This document shows, piece after piece, positions 58,740 to 64,000 of a stretch of 64,000 nucleotides of DNA. How positions within the stretch are numbered: position 1 is the first letter of the stretch; each line of letters opens with the position of its first letter. The position numbers and the translations under genes are program-made. Under the pieces are notes generated by a model. It saw only the letters and a program-made list of their open reading frames with translations. It ran no database searches and had not been told where the DNA came from. Source of the stretch: Chrysomallon squamiferum (Eukaryota; Animalia; Mollusca); NCBI GenBank assembly GCA_012295275.1, contig CM022666.1, forward strand, positions 3,844,001 through 3,908,000. Direction: 5' to 3'.

Positions 58740-59403
58740 TCTTTCTTAATTTGAATGATAACTGGATAGTCATAATAACAGATTAAAATTTAATAGTCAT
58801 TTCTCAACTGAAGTTTTAACTCACCTTCCATATTACGAAGGGCAGTTAACTGTGTTGTGCTTGTAAATATTAACTTTTAATTATAGATATGTGTAAGTTG
58901 TAGATTTACTTTGTACATGTAGAAAACTCTGTATGCATACTGACTTTCAGAAAACAAATGTATACGCTCGTGTGCATGTAAGTAGGTTTGTAGTCTGTGT
59001 GTGTGTGTGTGTGTGTGTTTAAAAACTTGAGATGTATAATCAACAAACATTTATTTATACATAAACACACACACACACACCTAAAGACAAACACATATAT
59101 AAATACAATTTGAACATGTACATAATACAGTTATTCTGAATTCCCAAGAGCAGAAAGCTGACTTACAAAAAAGGCTGTTAAATTAATATAATAATAAAGT
59201 GGTCAAGTACGCTACTCATTATCCTTAATACAAACCAGCAGTTCACATTTCTGTTAATTAACATACCACATTTAAATAATGAATGCGATTCACGTTATCA
59301 AGTCCAGCCCATTCAAAACCATTTATTATAAAAAAAATATATATATATTTTTTTTCAAACAGGAATGAAGATTATAACAACAACAACAACAACAACAAAA
59401 TAT

Positions 59404-59442
<39 letters not shown>

Positions 59443-60497
59443 ATAGAAGTAGATTAATTCTGTTGAATGTATGAATATTTGTTGGGGGACATCAGAATTG
59501 TCATGTTTCCTAGATTATAAATTTTATAAATATGTAAATTAGGGGTATTTTTACATGTATTTTTCTGTCTGTCTATTTGCATCTATAGTTTAGTTTTATT
59601 TAGTCAGGTGCAGATCTAACAAAGGTTGTTGTGGGGGGAGAATGTTTTTCATGTTACAGGTATGTAGAGTGTGAAATAGTTTTTCATTTCTTATTTCTTT
59701 CTCTTACTTTTTTTTTCATTTCATATACTTTATGATTGATCCAAAAGTTTTAATTATTAATTTTATTAAAATTTTATTTTATTCTATTCTATTCTATTCT
59801 ATTCTATTCTATTCTATTCTATTCTATTCTATATTATATTGTATTTAGTACATTTAGTATATTCACTTTTAGATGTATAGGAGGAATAATAATAAAGCAA
59901 AATTAACATACAGTATTATCATTGCCATCATCGGAAATAATCATATGGGGTTTTTTTATGGTTATTTTTATATCATTACCTTATTTAATTTATTCTAAAC
60001 TTAATTAACTGAATGATTTATTATTAGTTTAAAAAAATATATATTACACTTATGTTAGTTATATAGAGTGAGCAGTTGTTGTTTTTTTGTCATTTCATAT
60101 TTCTTTCTCTCAAGTTTTTATCTCATTTCATCCATTTGGTTTTCATCTTTGCTTTTGGTTTTGGTTTGTTTTCTTTTGTCCACTTTCATCAATGAATTCA
60201 TGTTTGACTTTATTTATAGCTCATTTATCTCATTCATATAAAATGTTGTGAATCATTTTCTTTACAATATAAAAAAACGGTAGTTGATAATGAATAAGGA
60301 AATCCTGGTTGCAGACACTGATGTGACCAGTCATTATAGACAGCAGAGTATATAATGTTTTTCCTGTTCTAGATGGTCTCACAAAACTCACGGGAAAGTG
60401 TACTTTTTTGTGGGGGGGAAGTAACAATTTTAGATGTTCAGGAGGAATAATAATAAAGTGAAATTAACATACAGTATTTAATATTGTTTCATTTAAA

Positions 60498-60538
<41 letters not shown>

Positions 60539-63301
60539 GTAATATCATCATCATTATATGTATTCATAGGTATGTGTGTGTTGGGTTTATTTTTGTGTCA
60601 TTACTTTTTTTGATTTATTCTAAACTTAAATAACTGAATGATATATTAGAGTTAAAAAACAAAAAAAGATAGTTTTTTCTATTTTAAATCAAAACAATTT
60701 GAAAACAGTGATAAATTATTTTAAAAAAATAAAAAGAAAAAGAAATAAATAAGAAATAAGAAAAAAAAGAATGGTTTCTGTTAATCACTTTAGACAATTT
60801 AATTACAATATCTACTAAAAATTGCGCTTGTAAACATTTTTTTGCTGACATATGCGGGAAATTCCCCAAGCCCCCCCATCCTATATATTATTTATACAAT
60901 CGTTTTAAACGTATTCAGTTTTTATCATGCATATTGAATAAAAATTTCGATATATCACTATTTTAATTATCTGCTTAATTTAAGTAAGTAAATAAATTTA
61001 ACTGGTTTTTTGGGTAACATAATGAATGTTTATTTAATAACTTGTCAGCAAATCTTGGTGTTAACGTTATTAGATATGAGAAACACGATACTTTGTTTAA
61101 TAATGAAAGAAAAATGGTAATCTGCAGCAGCATATGGCAGTTTGATTAGCTGTAACAACATGTTATATACATAGATATATACATATGTACATAATATAAT
61201 ACGTATACATGTACACACACACACACATATAGGCTAGCACATGCACGTATTCATATAAACACACATAAACAAACATACACACAGACATAAACAACCATAC
61301 ACACAGACATAAACAGCATATATAAACACAGAGACACACCCACACCCACGCAAACACACGTAACTGGATACGAAAATATTCCAGGAACTATTTTGTTTCT
61401 TGAATTTTCATAAATAACAATCACCAAAAATTTAACACTGTCAAAAATGTGGACAACATTTTGGGATTGTGTGGTGATCTGCGAAATGTGGCATTAATAA
61501 TTTGCAACTTGAAATAGAACAAAGTGTTTATATGCATAGATAAACACACACACACACATGCACACTGACATCAACCTCTAAACATTCGTAGGACTATTTT
61601 ATTTTTGAACACACAAACACACACACACAAATATAATCACATAACAACAGAAATAATAACTCAGCTTTTATTATTTCACATCTGGAAAAGGAAATAATGC
61701 CAGCTAATGCACTGAAAATATAAACTGTAGTGCAATACTTTTAAAAAAAAGAGAAGAATTGCAGGTCAAAGGTCAGAATGCATGACCAGTGTTTCTTAGA
61801 TTTGTTACAATTTATCAAAAGTTATAACATAATAATAATCATTTCACTATGAGAAAATGTATATGAAAGATGTTTTGATGATCAGTTCAAATTAAATTTC
61901 TTATTCTTCATGAAGTTATCATTAAGCAAACAAAACTAATTAATTGTGTGTGTTTTAAAGAGATTATGGATATCAAACAACCATTCATAACAAGTGTTTG
62001 TTGAGCTTTCATTAAACAAACATTCATTCATAGTCCACATGCTTTTTATTCTGAATGTCATACACCTATAAATTTAAAATGCATGCATATAAACATATAA
62101 ATGTGTGTGTGAGTGAGTGTGTGTGTGTGTGTGTCCTTGTGTTAAAATTATTATCAAATTCCTGTATGGAATATAGGCGTTGCTTTTCTGCTAGTCTTTT
62201 CGACATGATAACGAAGGAAAATGAGAGTAAACTGAAAACAAATAATAACTTACTGTGATACAATCACCTGTAAAAACTGCTAGTTCAGAAGTAGCCTGCA
62301 TTTCTGGATTTTCTGGATTCCTTGCACACCAAAAAAATTGATTTGGTATCTGTATTTAACAAGCATTCAACACATTTTTAAATCTTATGTGTCTTAAATG
62401 TCATTATTCTTAATGACACTGAGAATGAAAGATGAAACCTACCTATCTTCTTTTTTTTTTTTTTTCATGAACATGTTAACACAGAGAGTAAGTGTATAGT
62501 TGTAATTTGATAAACAAGGCAGGGGTCACTAATTTTGGGTGGAAATGACCAAATGGACATATCAAGGAGGACTAATCCTGAAAAAAACACCAAAGTATAG
62601 AGTACTCTAACCAATAATCTACAAAGCTAGTCAGTCAGTGAATTCATAATATTTTAAGTCATAATCAGTGAACTGTCAGAGAAAAAAAAATATATATATA
62701 TTCTGTGGATTTGCCACATTCTTCTGGCTGATACGAAAATAGTGGTAAAAAGGATAAATGATTGTCTTCTGGAAATTAGATGATGACATGGCATTCTTTA
62801 GAAAACAAAATTTCAAAATAAATAAAACAAAACATCATCCGCCTCGTTTGAGATAGAAATATAATCTTTTTTTTTTTTTTTAAATTCATAAAGAGCTTTT
62901 TTTCATTTTTTTTTAAATCTTTTTTTTTTGTAATTTTTTTTTTTTTTCCACATCCACCACACATCAGTGAAGAGCAAGTGCAAGCAAGAAAGCAAGCAAG
63001 CAGCTTTGAGAATTGCTTTCCCATCTGCATTGTAAAGTTAATTTAATTTGGGGAATTTACTGAACACTGTTCTTGTTGGCTTGTGACGTGCCAACCTGCC
63101 TGTGTATGATTACACAGGACCGACTCCTTCACTTAGACAAGTCGTGACACGGAGCTTAAAGCCTGCACGCCTTTGTCGTTATTACCTGCTTCCCAGCCAG
63201 CCATACGCTCACAACATGAAAGAAAAGACTTGTTTTAATAGATAGCAAATAGACTTTGTTTGCTTACTTCTTTTTTCTTTTTTAGCCTTCCCTATGGTTG
63301 T

Positions 63302-63341
<40 letters not shown>

Positions 63342-63614
63342 TTTTGTTTTGTCCCGTTTTCAAGGATATTTTTAGACTTTTTAATTTTAATTTTAATATT
63401 TTTTAAAAGCTAATTTTTTTTTTTTAACAACCTCACATCCCCCCCCCCCAACAGGTGTGATGCACACTTTCTGTTTTGGAAAAAAAAAAAATTGTTAAAT
63501 GTAAAATAAATATGTACTGCAAACATACTCTTCTGTCTTTAATTGAAGTTAATTTACACCTGTTCTGAATCTTAAAGGTAGAAAATTTGCCCAGGAAATC
63601 ATTAGTCACAGGAT

Positions 63615-64000
63615 CAGTTCTCAGAAAGATCCTTTCTAACTGATTCAGAAAAAAAAAAAAATAATAATCTTATCATTGTTAAGATGAGCAGATAATTAGT
63701 AAGAATAAAAGATTCTTTCTGCTGTTGGTAAAAGGGATTTTTTTTATTGTTACCAGTCGGAAGTTTTACCATCTGTTAAAGGTCCCTTTCTGAAAGATTT
63801 ATACTTGCTTAGTACTAATCAGTAAGACTGAACGATTTCTTTCTGCTAACTGAAAACATTTATTAAACTTGCTTAGTGCTAATGAGTATGAATAAAAGAT
63901 ATTGTTCTAGTACTGGTAAAAGATTCTTTTCTGCTGAATAATTGGTAAGAGTGAAATATTCATTTCTGCTAGTTGGTTTCAGAATAAAAGATCTCTTTCT
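63615..64000. repeat. Degenerate tandem repeat (AAAAGATTCTTTCTGCT-like), runs off the window
   Basis: Recurring aaaagat(t/c)ctttct..gct units. Confidence 0.6.

Noticed and set aside
62776-63030. Cys-rich ORF MQMGKQFSKLLACFLAC..
   Set aside because: Non-ATG start, runs into poly-A-derived Lys tracts, and has no supporting splice structure.

Overview
AT-rich, microsatellite-dense, intron-containing animal genomic DNA. It is probably lophotrochozoan or molluscan, possibly cephalopod; this is inferred from composition and protein style only. Seven spliced genes can be built by hand, in strictly alternating orientation: NALCN (-, 5' half only, runs off the window start), MARS2 (+), a MADF-domain gene (-), an unrecognised secreted Asp-rich protein (+), a double-MYND zinc-finger gene (-), FIS1 (+) and MIS12 (-). 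A probable promoter and 5' exon of a further gene follows. A small cluster of DNA-transposon relics lies at 29.7-31.5 kb. Highlights: (1) two paralogous, probably mutually exclusive NALCN domain-II pore exons that both carry Glu at the selectivity filter, flanked by intronic elements complementary to their splice sites; (2) an array of 8 intact 57-nt symmetric exons in the MADF gene; (3) a 639-aa signal-peptide, poly-Asp, furin-site protein whose first exon the ORF track misses; (4) in-frame 8-codon uORFs in the first exons of MARS2 and MIS12. Most ORFs in the supplied track are microsatellite or AT-rich artefacts. Exon coordinates were read manually and are not verified with transcripts.
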